From assembly GCA_965221905.1 (NCBI GenBank), contig OZ244922.1, positions 2,592,001 through 2,656,000 on the forward strand: a DNA stretch of 64,000 nt, given 5' to 3'. The DNA comes from Chloroflexota bacterium. Lineage in GTDB: Bacteria; Chloroflexota; UBA11872; VXOZ01. The translations under genes and the position numbers were made by a program. The number at the start of each line of letters is the position of its first letter. Positions within the stretch are counted from its first letter, which is position 1. The notes beneath the pieces are model-generated. The model did not search any database, had not been told where the DNA came from, and was given only the letters and a program-made list of their open reading frames with translations. Shown in pieces: positions 29,295 to 41,393 of this stretch.

Positions 29295-29705
29295 ATGATT
29301 GGCCTCGCTCTAGTTCTAGCGCTTGCAGGCTGCAGTTACGGCGGCACCGAGTCTGGCGAGCACAGCGGTAGCGAGTCAGGCGAGCACAACGGTGGCTCTG
29401 AATCCAGTGAGGAGGGTGAGGAGTCTGGCACCCAGCTCAGCTTGAGCGAAACATTCGACGAAGTGCGGGCCGGCGCGCGGCTGATCCTATCATACGACGC
29501 CGACGCCAACGCCTTCACCGGCACCGTAGAAAACACCACCGATGCCACCCTTAAGCAGGTCCGCGTCGAAGTGCATCTCTCGAACGGAACTGAACTCGGC
29601 CCCACCACTCCGTTCGATCTCGCTCCCGGTCAGGCGGCCGCCATCACCTTTCTGGCTACCACTGAACAATTCACATCCTGGAGTGCTCACCTCGAAGTCG
29701 GCTGA
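29295..29705 (+). CDS. Small lipoprotein with Glu/Gly/Ser/His-rich linker and Ig-like domain (start uncertain)
   Basis: Lipobox LAGC; ESGEH repeats; FTGTVENTT..VRVEVHLSNGTELGPT. Confidence 0.7.
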   Translation: MIGLALVLALAGCSYGGTESGEHSGSESGEHNGGSESSEEGEESGTQLSLSETFDEVRAGARLILSYDADANAFTGTVENTTDATLKQVRVEVHLSNGTELGPTTPFDLAPGQAAAITFLATTEQFTSWSAHLEVG

Positions 29706-29814
29706 CTCGTGACTGAGACTTAGCAGCGTTGTTAAATGGAAAATACGGAGGGGTTATCGGCCATCAGGGTGACCAACCTTTTGCAGATGAAGAGAGAGGC
29801 AGTCTACCAATCCA

Positions 29815-29898
29815 GTCACTCCCGCGAAAGCCAAATAGGCCCGTTATTACCGTGAGAACCACAATGAGTCCGTCATTCCCGTGAAAACGGGAATCCAC
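29815..29898 (+). repeat. Two REP-like palindromes of the GTCATTCCCGCGAAAGCGGGAATCC type (one truncated)
   Basis: GTCACTCCCGCGAAAGC and GTCATTCCCGTGAAAACGGGAATCCA; reverse-orientation copy near 62867-62894. Confidence 0.75.
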
Positions 29899-30033
29899 AG
29901 AGTTGGGAGTAATTGCTGCCCTGGAAGGTCATCAGCCCTAAGATTGACAGGGCCCGTGCCAGTGTATAATGCGCGGACGGGCCCGCACACGTAGCGAATC
30001 TTCTTGAAACAGTAGCTGTGATGGAATGACCCA

Positions 30034-32181
30034 ATGACGCCACGTGCCCATATACTCAGCAGACGAGAGCTAATCGCTAGCGGCGCCGCAATCGGATTGG
30101 CCGCCTGTGGCGGAACTCCCCGTGGCCGCGACCCGCTCGATTCTGTCCACCTGGGACTGGCGGTCGCACCAATTCCCCGCCCATGGAAGCCGCTCGTGGT
30201 GCGCGGCACGGCTGTTGAAGTTGCCGGGCACCGGTACCGTTTTGACGCCGGGCCGCTTCCGACCAGTTTGGAAGTTAACGGCGCCGAGCTGCTCTTCGAT
30301 GCGATGAAGTTGGACATCCGCATTCAGGACGAACTGCTCGTCTGGCAGCGGGTGCGTACAATCTCTACAGACGCTGCCGAGGTTGAGCTACTTGCGCGGG
30401 GCAACGCCGGTGATCTCATTGCCCAAGCGCGAGTCACCATCAGCTACGACGGCACGTGCCGCTTTCGAGTCAGCTTGATACCTCAGGGCGTCATTACCAT
30501 TGACTCCATCCTCCTGGACGTGCCAGTCCTCCGCACTGAGACAACCCACTACGCCCATCACGTCTTAGGAGCGGACACCGTCACCTACTCCTGGGAGGAA
30601 ATCGCCGGCGCCCCACAGGCCCAGTGGGGAGGAGGACGCGTCCCCGACATCGGCTGGTCCGGAGATATTACGCCGTTCTTTTGGGTGGGAAATCCGGACC
30701 GAGGCATCGTCTGGTTTACCGACTCAATCATTGGACCGCAGCGCGAGGGAGCGGTTGCACAAGTGCAGTTGCGACCGGTGGCGGGGGCAATGCGCCTCCT
30801 CGTAGAACTTGTCACCGGTCCGCTCGACATGCCCGATACGGTGCACCTTGACTTTGGCTTGCAGCCGACACCGGTGCGACCCACCGTGGCCCCGCGGAGC
30901 CCCGTTAGGCAGGTGCGCGTCGAGTGGTCGGCGGAGGGCAGTCGTCTGGCCGCTGAGCAATTAAATCGCACGCCGTCTGATACGCTGAAGACTCTTGAGT
31001 CACTGCGGGATCGGGGCGCGACGGCTCTCGTTTTGCAGCACGGCTGGTCGGATATATCGGGCTTTCCCATCTTGGAGAGCGCAGAGGACAAGCGCGCGTT
31101 TCGCGAATTAGTAGACCTCACCCACGATGCCGGACTAAAGATCATCCCTGCGATCTCCGTTCTTCAGCTCTCAAATAGGGTTCCCGGGGCGAAAGAAATC
31201 TTGGAAGACATGCCGCTCCCAATTGGACAGATATTTACAAACTTATCCCCTATGGAGCAGATATTCCCGCTGTTTCACACAGATGCCACGGTTTCGCTCT
31301 TCGAAGACGCTGTCCGTGCATTTGCCACGGAGTTTCCGATAGATGGTGTGCACGTAGCCATGGGAGAACCTGCGGTGAGGCTCCTAGACCGGAACGAGGG
31401 CGTGCCGGGCGCCGTAGCCGCACTGGACCTCCATGCGCGGCGCGACTTGCTGAGACGACTCTACGCGCTCTTTCACGGCGGTCTGCGCGAAAGAGATGAG
31501 GAGGGCCTCGTGATTGCGCACTCGCTCGTTCCCTGGAGCATGGTGCATGGTTTTGCGGACCAGATCGTGACGGGGCTCTTTCTCTTCCAGTCGATCGCCT
31601 CCCGTCGGCTCGGCGGCGAAGCGCTGGCTGAACGCTGGCAACCCGAGCTTGTCCCCTACCTCTACGGGGACGTTCTCCATCAGGTGCCGACCCTTTGGCA
31701 AGCGCCTCCAGCGGACACTCCGCTTCACAGCATCGTCGAATCATACACACGCGAGGAATTGGTGACCGACCAGGAGCTATTCGGCCTGGCAGCGGTGCAT
31801 AATACCTCGCTTTGGCCGGAAGAATTCACACCTACAGCTTCCTTCGAGAACCTTGCCCGGTTGGAGCAACTGCGCTTGAACCTTGGCTTTGGCGACGCCT
31901 CGTGGCATCCCTACTGGCAACGCCAGCAGAGCCTTATCGTGCAACCGCCCAGTACGTTTTTCGGTTACTGGCAGAAAGACTCCGGGTCGATGCTTCTGCT
32001 CTTGCTCAATGGAGCCAACGACGAGCAGGAAGTGCTGATAGAGTTGCCGTCTGCGGGGTCCGGCAACGTTTCAAGGCTTTCCGTGGTGGAAGTGTGGGGA
32101 GGCTTGCCCATACGCACGCGGGACAACTTGATCGTTACGACGCTGGAAAGATCGCAACTCGCGGTCTTGCATATCCAATGA
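30034..32181 (+). CDS. Tat-exported lipoprotein, putative glycoside-hydrolase-like (DUF6067-like) protein
   Basis: SRRELI twin-Arg signal plus LAAC lipobox; FFWVGNPDRGIVWF, DFGLQPTPVRP, WHPYW; degenerate at the expected catalytic barrel (IDGVHVA). Confidence 0.6.
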   Translation: MTPRAHILSRRELIASGAAIGLAACGGTPRGRDPLDSVHLGLAVAPIPRPWKPLVVRGTAVEVAGHRYRFDAGPLPTSLEVNGAELLFDAMKLDIRIQDELLVWQRVRTISTDAAEVELLARGNAGDLIAQARVTISYDGTCRFRVSLIPQGVITIDSILLDVPVLRTETTHYAHHVLGADTVTYSWEEIAGAPQAQWGGGRVPDIGWSGDITPFFWVGNPDRGIVWFTDSIIGPQREGAVAQVQLRPVAGAMRLLVELVTGPLDMPDTVHLDFGLQPTPVRPTVAPRSPVRQVRVEWSAEGSRLAAEQLNRTPSDTLKTLESLRDRGATALVLQHGWSDISGFPILESAEDKRAFRELVDLTHDAGLKIIPAISVLQLSNRVPGAKEILEDMPLPIGQIFTNLSPMEQIFPLFHTDATVSLFEDAVRAFATEFPIDGVHVAMGEPAVRLLDRNEGVPGAVAALDLHARRDLLRRLYALFHGGLRERDEEGLVIAHSLVPWSMVHGFADQIVTGLFLFQSIASRRLGGEALAERWQPELVPYLYGDVLHQVPTLWQAPPADTPLHSIVESYTREELVTDQELFGLAAVHNTSLWPEEFTPTASFENLARLEQLRLNLGFGDASWHPYWQRQQSLIVQPPSTFFGYWQKDSGSMLLLLLNGANDEQEVLIELPSAGSGNVSRLSVVEVWGGLPIRTRDNLIVTTLERSQLAVLHIQ

Positions 32182-32330
32182 GGCTAGCTCGGCTTTCTCT
32201 TCCTGGAACTGTGAAAGAATCCCTGTCGCCGGGACTCTAGCCACAAAGAGAGGCTATGCAAGTGGCGGCGCGACTTACCGGTGCCTTACCTTCACCTAGC
32301 TCTCAGTCCAATCGAATAGCCGTACCGGGT

Positions 32331-33110
32331 CTACCCTCCTACGTTTGCTACGCAAGCATCGCGCGTCTGCACGGCGAGAGCGACGAAGTCATCGGCAATC
32401 AGGCTTGCCCCGCCCACCAGCCCGCCGTCCACGTCGGGCTGTGCAATGATGTCGGGCCACACCTTGGGATTGATGCTGCCGCCATAGAGGATGCGGATAG
32501 CCTCCGCCGTAGAAGCACCGCACTCACGGGCGACCACGTCGCGCACCAGACTAATGGTAGCGTTGGCTTCCTCCGCCGCCGCGGCGCGACCGGTGCCGAT
32601 GGCCCAAACCGGCTCATAGGCCAGAATGGCGCCCGCAACTTGCTGTGCGGACAACCCTGAAAGAGCCTTGGTGGTTTGGCGGTCAATCACTTCTCGCGTC
32701 TTGCCCGCGCGGTTCTCAGCATCAGTTTCACCCACACAAACGATGGGGGTGAGCCCGTACGCAATGGCCGCTATGACCTTGCGGTTCACCATCGCGTCGG
32801 TTTCGCCAAAGTGACCCCGACGCTCCGAATGGCCGATGATTACGTGAGAACACAGAGGCTGCACCATCTGCGGGGAGATTTCGCCCGTGAAGGCACCCTC
32901 GGCCTCCCAGTGCATGTTCTGAGCACCAATAGCGACAGCAGTATCCTGCATGGTGTCCCGTATTGCATCGAGCGCTACAAACGGAGGGCAAATGATTATG
33001 TCCACTTCCTTCAGCGTTCGCACGCCCTCTTTCATGTCGTTTGCCAGCCCAACGGCTTCATCCCGAGTCTTGTTCATCTTCCAGTTTCCGGCAATGACAA
33101 ATCTCCGCAT
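32331..33110 (-). CDS. tpiA: Triosephosphate isomerase
   Basis: IAGNWKMN, IIGHSERR, AYEPVWAIGTG, LYGGS, DGGLVGGASL. Confidence 0.98.
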   Translation of the reverse strand: MRRFVIAGNWKMNKTRDEAVGLANDMKEGVRTLKEVDIIICPPFVALDAIRDTMQDTAVAIGAQNMHWEAEGAFTGEISPQMVQPLCSHVIIGHSERRGHFGETDAMVNRKVIAAIAYGLTPIVCVGETDAENRAGKTREVIDRQTTKALSGLSAQQVAGAILAYEPVWAIGTGRAAAAEEANATISLVRDVVARECGASTAEAIRILYGGSINPKVWPDIIAQPDVDGGLVGGASLIADDFVALAVQTRDACVANVGG

Positions 33111-33387
33111 TTCAATTCCTTTATTTCATCCAGTCCAGGGTAGATCCAGCCACGTTGCCAGTTGTCCGCAGCTCTTTTTGGGAGACGGAAGTGCCCGGCG
33201 ATCACACGCCTCAAATCCGCGGTTCGTGGTATAGTATGAGCATATTACACTGAAGCGCTCTCACCCCGCTGCAAGAGCGCGCGCATCTCCACAAGCTGTT
33301 CTTCCCTTAAGGTTATTTCCCGCTCAACCGTGCAGCCCGATCTTCGCTTTCTAGTCAGGACCACCAAGTGTCGATTCCGTGAAAGTT

Positions 33388-34572
33388 ATGCCACAGCGCA
33401 GAATCTACCTGGATTACGCGGCCACTACGCCGCTTGATCCGCGCGTAGTGGAAGCAATGCTCCCGTACCTTACCGATCACTTTGGTAATCCTTCCAGCCT
33501 GCACGCCACGGGCCGACGCGCTCGCCGCGCGCTAGAGGATGCCCGCGAACAAATCGCGCGCACGCTCTCTTGTCAACCAACTGAGATTCTCTTCACAAGC
33601 GGTGGAACAGAGAGCGACAACAGCGCTGTGTTGGGCATTGCCCGAGCGCAACGCGCCGCAGGCCAAGGCAACCACGTCGTCACAAGCCGGATTGAGCACC
33701 ACGCCGTTCTCCACGCGTGCGGGCAGCTTGAAACTGAAGGCTTCCGGGTATCGTACGTACCGGTTGATGAGAATGGAATTCTCGACCCAAAGGCTGTGGA
33801 AGCCGCTCTCTCCGATGACACGGTGCTGGTCTCGGTCATGGCGGTGAACAACGAAATCGGCACAATTGAGCCCGTATGGGAAGTCGCGTCGGTCTGCCGG
33901 GCGCGAGGCATCCCAGTACACACGGATGCGATTCAAGCTGTCGGCATTCTTCCCGTGAGTTTTGCTGAATGGGGCGTAGACGCGCTCTCGCTCACGGCGC
34001 ACAAGTTTTATGGACCTAAGGGAGTTGGATTGCTGGTCTTGCGTCACGGCGTGCCTTTCCAACCGTTGCTGGCGGGCGGGGGCCAAGAGCGTGAGCAACG
34101 GCCCGGCACCGAAAATGTAGCCGCAATAGTAGGCATGGCGCAGGCGCTCCGCCTCGCCCATGAAGAGCGCGGCGAACGAGTCGCCCACGCCCAGGCATTG
34201 CAGCAGCGCCTGGAACACGGCATCGAAGCCCGCATGCCCTGGGCTCTACGCAACGGACACCCGAGCATGCGCGCTGCAAGCATTACGAACTTTTCGTTCC
34301 CAGGCTTGTCGAACGAAATGCTTCTCCTACACCTCGATCTGGCAGGAGTGGACGTGTCAAATGGGGCAGCGTGTACGTCCGGCACTGTCGAACCCTCTCA
34401 CGTGCTGCGTGCCCTGGGCAAGTCTGAGGAATTGGCGACGAGCGCCCTCCGCTTCAGCGTGGGCAAGGAGACTACTATTTCGGAAATCGACGATGCGCTG
34501 GACATCTTGGAGAGCACCGTGAGCAAAATGCGCGCGGAAACGATACTTTCACACCGCAGCAGTCGCGTTTAG
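33388..34572 (+). CDS. iscS: Cysteine desulfurase (IscS/NifS type)
   Basis: YLDYAATTP, FGNPSSLH, FTSGGTESDN, AHKFYGPKG, SNGAACTSG. Confidence 0.93.
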   Translation: MPQRRIYLDYAATTPLDPRVVEAMLPYLTDHFGNPSSLHATGRRARRALEDAREQIARTLSCQPTEILFTSGGTESDNSAVLGIARAQRAAGQGNHVVTSRIEHHAVLHACGQLETEGFRVSYVPVDENGILDPKAVEAALSDDTVLVSVMAVNNEIGTIEPVWEVASVCRARGIPVHTDAIQAVGILPVSFAEWGVDALSLTAHKFYGPKGVGLLVLRHGVPFQPLLAGGGQEREQRPGTENVAAIVGMAQALRLAHEERGERVAHAQALQQRLEHGIEARMPWALRNGHPSMRAASITNFSFPGLSNEMLLLHLDLAGVDVSNGAACTSGTVEPSHVLRALGKSEELATSALRFSVGKETTISEIDDALDILESTVSKMRAETILSHRSSRV

Positions 34573-34641
34573 AGACCGAATCGCCGCGCCACGTAGCACG
34601 CCGCATTACCTTGATAGCGCCTCGCGCTAATAGCGCTCTTG

Positions 34642-34947
34642 ATGAACTTCCTCGAACTTGAGCTCTTCTCACACACTATTGGAGACTACCTCGCCCTTGC
34701 GCCGCCGGTAGTGGTGCTGGGAGTCTTGTTGGGAAGCTTAGAGTCCACTGCCTTTCACGTATTATTCGGTCGGGGCGACCGCTCAACACTCTGGTACTTG
34801 GGGGTTGGACTCGTGGGATTCTGGCTCGGCCATTTTGCGGGAGAATACATTGGAGCCGTTTTCCCACCGGTGGGTCTCCTCCATGCCGCGGAGGCTTCGG
34901 CGGCGTGCGTTACCTTGCTTTATATTGCGGATTACGTGCGAAGTTGA
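34642..34947 (+). CDS. Small hypothetical membrane protein
   Basis: Three hydrophobic segments; co-oriented between iscS and the YtxH gene. Confidence 0.6.
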   Translation: MNFLELELFSHTIGDYLALAPPVVVLGVLLGSLESTAFHVLFGRGDRSTLWYLGVGLVGFWLGHFAGEYIGAVFPPVGLLHAAEASAACVTLLYIADYVRS

Positions 34948-35014
34948 TACAATTCAAGGTGGAAGAACTAGCAGGGAAAGATCAATTTACGAATTTGGCC
35001 TAGAAAGGCACAGT

Positions 35015-35317
35015 ATGCCCAAGAATACAGGAAGCTTTATTTTCGGATTGACATTTGGCGCGCTTTGCGGTGTTATCATGGCATTGCTCCTGACGCCCCA
35101 GAGCGGCGAAGAGGTCCGCGAACTTCTCGGCAGGAAGTCGGAAGACCTTCGGAAAGGCGCTGAAGACGCGGTTGGGCGCGCGCGTGAAAGCACTGCGGGT
35201 ATCGTGGAACGCGGCCGCCACGTGGCGGAAGAGGCCCAAACTCGCATTCACAACAGGCACGCACCGCAGCCGGATGGCGCCGCGGAACAGCCGGAGCCGG
35301 TACAGCCTCAGGTATAG
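35015..35317 (+). CDS. YtxH domain protein
   Basis: FIFGLTFGALCGVIMALLLTPQSGEEVR. Confidence 0.85.
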   Translation: MPKNTGSFIFGLTFGALCGVIMALLLTPQSGEEVRELLGRKSEDLRKGAEDAVGRARESTAGIVERGRHVAEEAQTRIHNRHAPQPDGAAEQPEPVQPQV

Positions 35318-35716
35318 CCAACCAATAAGCCCCATGTTAACGCAGGCAGGTTAGCATGGGGCATTTGCACGCAGAGCGGCGCAAGGCGAAACTAAACCGA
35401 AAGTCTGCTATTTGTAGGCGTGTAGTTGACAGTACTAAGTGTCCACTCTGCGAGAGTCGAAGGCGGCCCGGAAAGCACAGTCTAGGGATTGCCACGGTCT
35501 TTCGAAAGATGGTGTAACACCTAGCGCGGAGACTAATGAGGAGAGACCTCTTCCAAAAGCAAGAACCTCTCCGAGCCTTCCCGTGCCGACATGGGAAGGC
35601 ATCCTCTATTAATTAGGGCTCTCACGCATTCGGCACGCTCTGAAGATTGAAAGCGGTTGGGTGTGCTCAAGCTCTCAAGTCCTATGCGTCGAATGCAGTG
35701 GTATGCTAAAGGTACT

Positions 35717-36826
35717 ATGCGCACTGTAGAGTGGTCACCCGAAGGCGTTCGGCTAATCGACCAGCGGCAACTACCGCAGCATGTGGTGGTTTCTGTTTGC
35801 CGTACCGTAGATGAGGTGGCCGCAGCCATCCGTACGATGCAGGTCCGTGGCGCGCCCGCAATCGGCGCCTGTGCCGCGTACGGAATTGCACTTGGCGCGC
35901 AGCACAGCCGGGCAACCTCTGTGATTGCATTGCTAGCTATGCTCCAAGTCCATGCGCAACAGTTGGCTGCAACCCGACCGACGGCGGTCAACCTCACGTG
36001 GGCGCTGGCGCGCGTCATGAGAGCAGTTGAATTAGCATCAAAGCTAGGGGTTGATGCCATCCGGAGAGCAGCCCTTGCCGAGGCGAATGCCATTGCCGAA
36101 GCAGACGTAATCGCAAACCAAAAGATAGGCGCCAACGGCGCTCCGCTGCTTGCAAACGGCGACACCGTTCTCACACATTGCAACGCGGGCGGTCTGGCCT
36201 GCGTCGACTTTGGTACAGCATTAGGCGTAGTGCGAGCCGCGTACACTGAGGGCAAAGATATTCACGTGCTGGTGGACGAGACTCGTCCCTTTCTCCAGGG
36301 CGCACGCCTGACAGCATGGGAACTCTGCCAGTTCGGCATTCCACATACATTGATTACTGACAACATGGCGGGGCACTTCATGCAGCGCGGAAATGTGCAG
36401 AAGATCGTGGTAGGCGCAGACCGCATCGCCGCGAATGGTGACGTCGCCAACAAGATCGGCACATATTCACTCGCCGTCCTCGCGCAGCACCATGGAATAC
36501 CGTTTTATGTCGCCGCCCCCACTTCTACCATCGATCTCAGCATCGCCACCGGCAGTGAGATTCCGATCGAAGAGCGCAGTGCCGATGAAGTCCGATACTT
36601 TGCCGGAGTCGAGATTGCCCCAAAGGGAACTCCTGCCGCGCACCCCGCTTTCGACGTCACTCCCCACAATTTCATAACCGCGATAGTAACTGAAATGGGC
36701 GTGCTGCAAGCGCCATTCGGCCCCGCATTGGCCGCAGCCGTTGCCGCTGCCAACCAAGAGCAGGCACTGCAAGAGCAACCTCTTGTAGCATTTTCGGAGC
36801 AGCAGAAGGAGAGTATCGAAGTCTAA
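35717..36826 (+). CDS. mtnA: S-methyl-5-thioribose-1-phosphate isomerase
   Basis: MQVRGAPAIG, TRPTAVNL, LTHCNAGGLA, DETRPFLQGARLT, GADRIAANGDVANKIGTY. Confidence 0.96.
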   Translation: MRTVEWSPEGVRLIDQRQLPQHVVVSVCRTVDEVAAAIRTMQVRGAPAIGACAAYGIALGAQHSRATSVIALLAMLQVHAQQLAATRPTAVNLTWALARVMRAVELASKLGVDAIRRAALAEANAIAEADVIANQKIGANGAPLLANGDTVLTHCNAGGLACVDFGTALGVVRAAYTEGKDIHVLVDETRPFLQGARLTAWELCQFGIPHTLITDNMAGHFMQRGNVQKIVVGADRIAANGDVANKIGTYSLAVLAQHHGIPFYVAAPTSTIDLSIATGSEIPIEERSADEVRYFAGVEIAPKGTPAAHPAFDVTPHNFITAIVTEMGVLQAPFGPALAAAVAAANQEQALQEQPLVAFSEQQKESIEV

Positions 36827-37698
36827 TGGGGATGCAAGCCGCGGCAAGAGTTGGAATCATGGGCGGTACGGGATTCGCAGATATCGAAGGGCTGCAAGAC
36901 CGCCGGGAGGTCCACATTGCAACGCCGTTTGGCCCCCCAAGCGATGCTTTCACCTTGGGCACATTGGACGACGTCCCTCTTGCCTTCCTGCCCCGACACG
37001 GCCGGGGACACCGCGTCCAGCCCACTGACCTCAATGCGCGAGCCAACATCTATGGGTTCAAGCGCCTGGGCATCGAATACATCATTTCTATCTCTGCGTG
37101 CGGCTCTCTGCGCGAAGAACTGGCGCCGCAGCACATTCTTGTTCCCGATCAACTCTACGATCATACGAAAAGCCGCGTGAGCACGTTCTTTGGTGACGGT
37201 ATCGTCGCCCACGTCGGCTTTGCGCAGCCCTTCTGTCCTGTCCTCAGCAGCTTTCTCTACCAGACCGGCCAGGCGGTTGACGTTGTAATGCATAGCGGCG
37301 GCATCTACATCTGCATTGAAGGACCGCAGTTCTCTACAAAAGCAGAGTCGGAGGTCTACCGCAGATGGGGCATGGACGTGATCGGCATGACGGCTGTGCC
37401 GGAGGCCAAGTTGGCGCGGGAGGCTGAGATTTGCTACGCCACGCTCGCTTGTGTCACAGATTACGACGTGTGGCACGAAACGGCGGGTGAAGTAACGGTT
37501 GAGATGGTTATCGAGAATCTCCACCAGAACGTCGGTAACGCCAAGGAGATCGTCCGGGGTGTCATCACAGCACTTCCAGCCGAGCGCAGCGGCTGTCCAT
37601 GCCCAGACGCGCTTGCCAATGCCATCATTACCGCACCGGAGAGCATTCCGGCGGCACAGCGTGCTACGCTAGATTTGATAGTAGGAAAATATATATAG
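36826..37698 (+). CDS. mtnP: S-methyl-5'-thioadenosine phosphorylase
   Basis: GIMGGTG, FLPRHGRGH, EGPQFSTKAES, IGMTAVPEAKLAREAE, VTDYDVW. Confidence 0.95.
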   Translation: MGMQAAARVGIMGGTGFADIEGLQDRREVHIATPFGPPSDAFTLGTLDDVPLAFLPRHGRGHRVQPTDLNARANIYGFKRLGIEYIISISACGSLREELAPQHILVPDQLYDHTKSRVSTFFGDGIVAHVGFAQPFCPVLSSFLYQTGQAVDVVMHSGGIYICIEGPQFSTKAESEVYRRWGMDVIGMTAVPEAKLAREAEICYATLACVTDYDVWHETAGEVTVEMVIENLHQNVGNAKEIVRGVITALPAERSGCPCPDALANAIITAPESIPAAQRATLDLIVGKYI

Positions 37699-37797
37699 GA
37701 CTGGAAACGAGAAGCGGAAGCCCATCAGCTTCAACCGTACTTGCTTTGAATGCATACTTGCGGGCCGCCCCGCACCTCGGAGATACGTAACAACGCC

Positions 37798-40006
<2,209 letters not shown>

Positions 40007-40078
40007 TTGGCGCGGACTCGCCAAGGTGCGGAACCGCAGCAAAGTAATCAGGCAGGCAAGGTGGAGAAGGAGACTACT

Positions 40079-41302
40079 ATGGGTTTGGGTATGGCTTCAT
40101 CCGCTAAAGTGTTGTTTACATCTGAATCCGTGACAGAAGGTCACCCTGACAAGATGTGCGATGCAGTATCGGATGCGGTTCTGGACGCGTACCTCGAGCA
40201 GGACCCCGAATCGCGGGTCGCTTGCGAGACCGCTACGACCACTGGGCTTATTATGGTCTTGGGTGAAATCACGGGGCGCGCCAACGTTGACATCGCGAAA
40301 GTAGCCCGCAGCGTTGCAGCAGAGATTGGTTACACGTCCAGCGACTTTGGCTTCGACAGCGAGACGTGCGCCGTGGCGGTTTCCGTTAAGGAACAGTCCT
40401 CAGACATTGCCCAAGGCGTCAACAAGGCCCTCGAGGCGCGGGAGGGGAGTGGCGACGATCTGCTTGCCACCGGCGCCGGAGACCAAGGCATGATGATCGG
40501 CTATGCCTGCAACGAAACTTCTGAACTCATGCCGGCGCCCATCATGCTGGCGCACCAGCTAGCCCAACAGCTCGCAGTGCTCCGTCATTCCGGGGCGCTT
40601 TGGTATCTCCGCCCCGACGGCAAGTCGCAAGTGACGGTAGAATACAACTACGGCAAGCCCGCACGCGTCGATACCGTCGTCCTATCAACCCAGCACCATC
40701 CTGACGTCGACCAAGAGACCATTCGCCGCGATCTCATTGAACAATGCGCGCGCGCCGTGATTCCCGCCATGTGGCTGGATGAGAATACGCGTTTCCTGAT
40801 CAATCCCACGGGTCGTTTCGTTACGGGCGGCCCCATGGGCGATGCCGGCCTGACCGGTCGCAAGATCATCGTTGATACGTACGGCGGTATGGCACGACAC
40901 GGCGGCGGCGCTTTTTCCGGCAAAGACCCAACCAAGGTTGATCGCTCTGCCGCGTACGCCACGCGTTACGTGGCGAAGAACATCGTCGCAGCAGGCCTGG
41001 CCGATAGATGTGAGATTCAAATCGCGTATGCCATCGGCACAGCCAATCCCGTCTCCATTATGGTGGATACGTTCGGCACCGGACGAGTGTCTGAAGACGA
41101 ATTCGTTTCCCTCATCCATGAACGCTTCGATCTCCGCCCGGCAGCAATCATCCGTGATCTCGACCTACGGCGCCCCATCTATCGCAAGACTGCTGCTTAC
41201 GGGCACTTTGGACGCACCGACATCGACGCTCCTTGGGAAGCAATCGACAAGGCGGAGCTACTTCGGAATGCAGTCGGTAAACTCTCCGGCGCAACTACAT
41301 GA
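40079..41302 (+). CDS. metK: S-adenosylmethionine synthetase
   Basis: [57 protein letters not shown]; RBS AAGGAG. Confidence 0.98.
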   Translation: MGLGMASSAKVLFTSESVTEGHPDKMCDAVSDAVLDAYLEQDPESRVACETATTTGLIMVLGEITGRANVDIAKVARSVAAEIGYTSSDFGFDSETCAVAVSVKEQSSDIAQGVNKALEAREGSGDDLLATGAGDQGMMIGYACNETSELMPAPIMLAHQLAQQLAVLRHSGALWYLRPDGKSQVTVEYNYGKPARVDTVVLSTQHHPDVDQETIRRDLIEQCARAVIPAMWLDENTRFLINPTGRFVTGGPMGDAGLTGRKIIVDTYGGMARHGGGAFSGKDPTKVDRSAAYATRYVAKNIVAAGLADRCEIQIAYAIGTANPVSIMVDTFGTGRVSEDEFVSLIHERFDLRPAAIIRDLDLRRPIYRKTAAYGHFGRTDIDAPWEAIDKAELLRNAVGKLSGATT

Positions 41303-41393
41303 TCCGGAGCGCTAGCACGCCAGTCCTCTTTGCAGCAAGACTCTGCTGCGCGGACGGCACTTTCTTCATAGCCACATCTAGGATCATTCGTTG

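Noticed and set aside
11468-30000. Integron cassette array or prophage
   Set aside because: No convincing attC sites, intI, or phage structural or replication genes were recognised
35440-35515. Canonical SAM-I (S-box) or SAH riboswitch call
   Set aside because: Lacks the ATC-AGAG P1 start and GCAACC core of SAM-I and the GAGGAGCG/CAGGCTC elements of SAH; kept only as an unassigned structure
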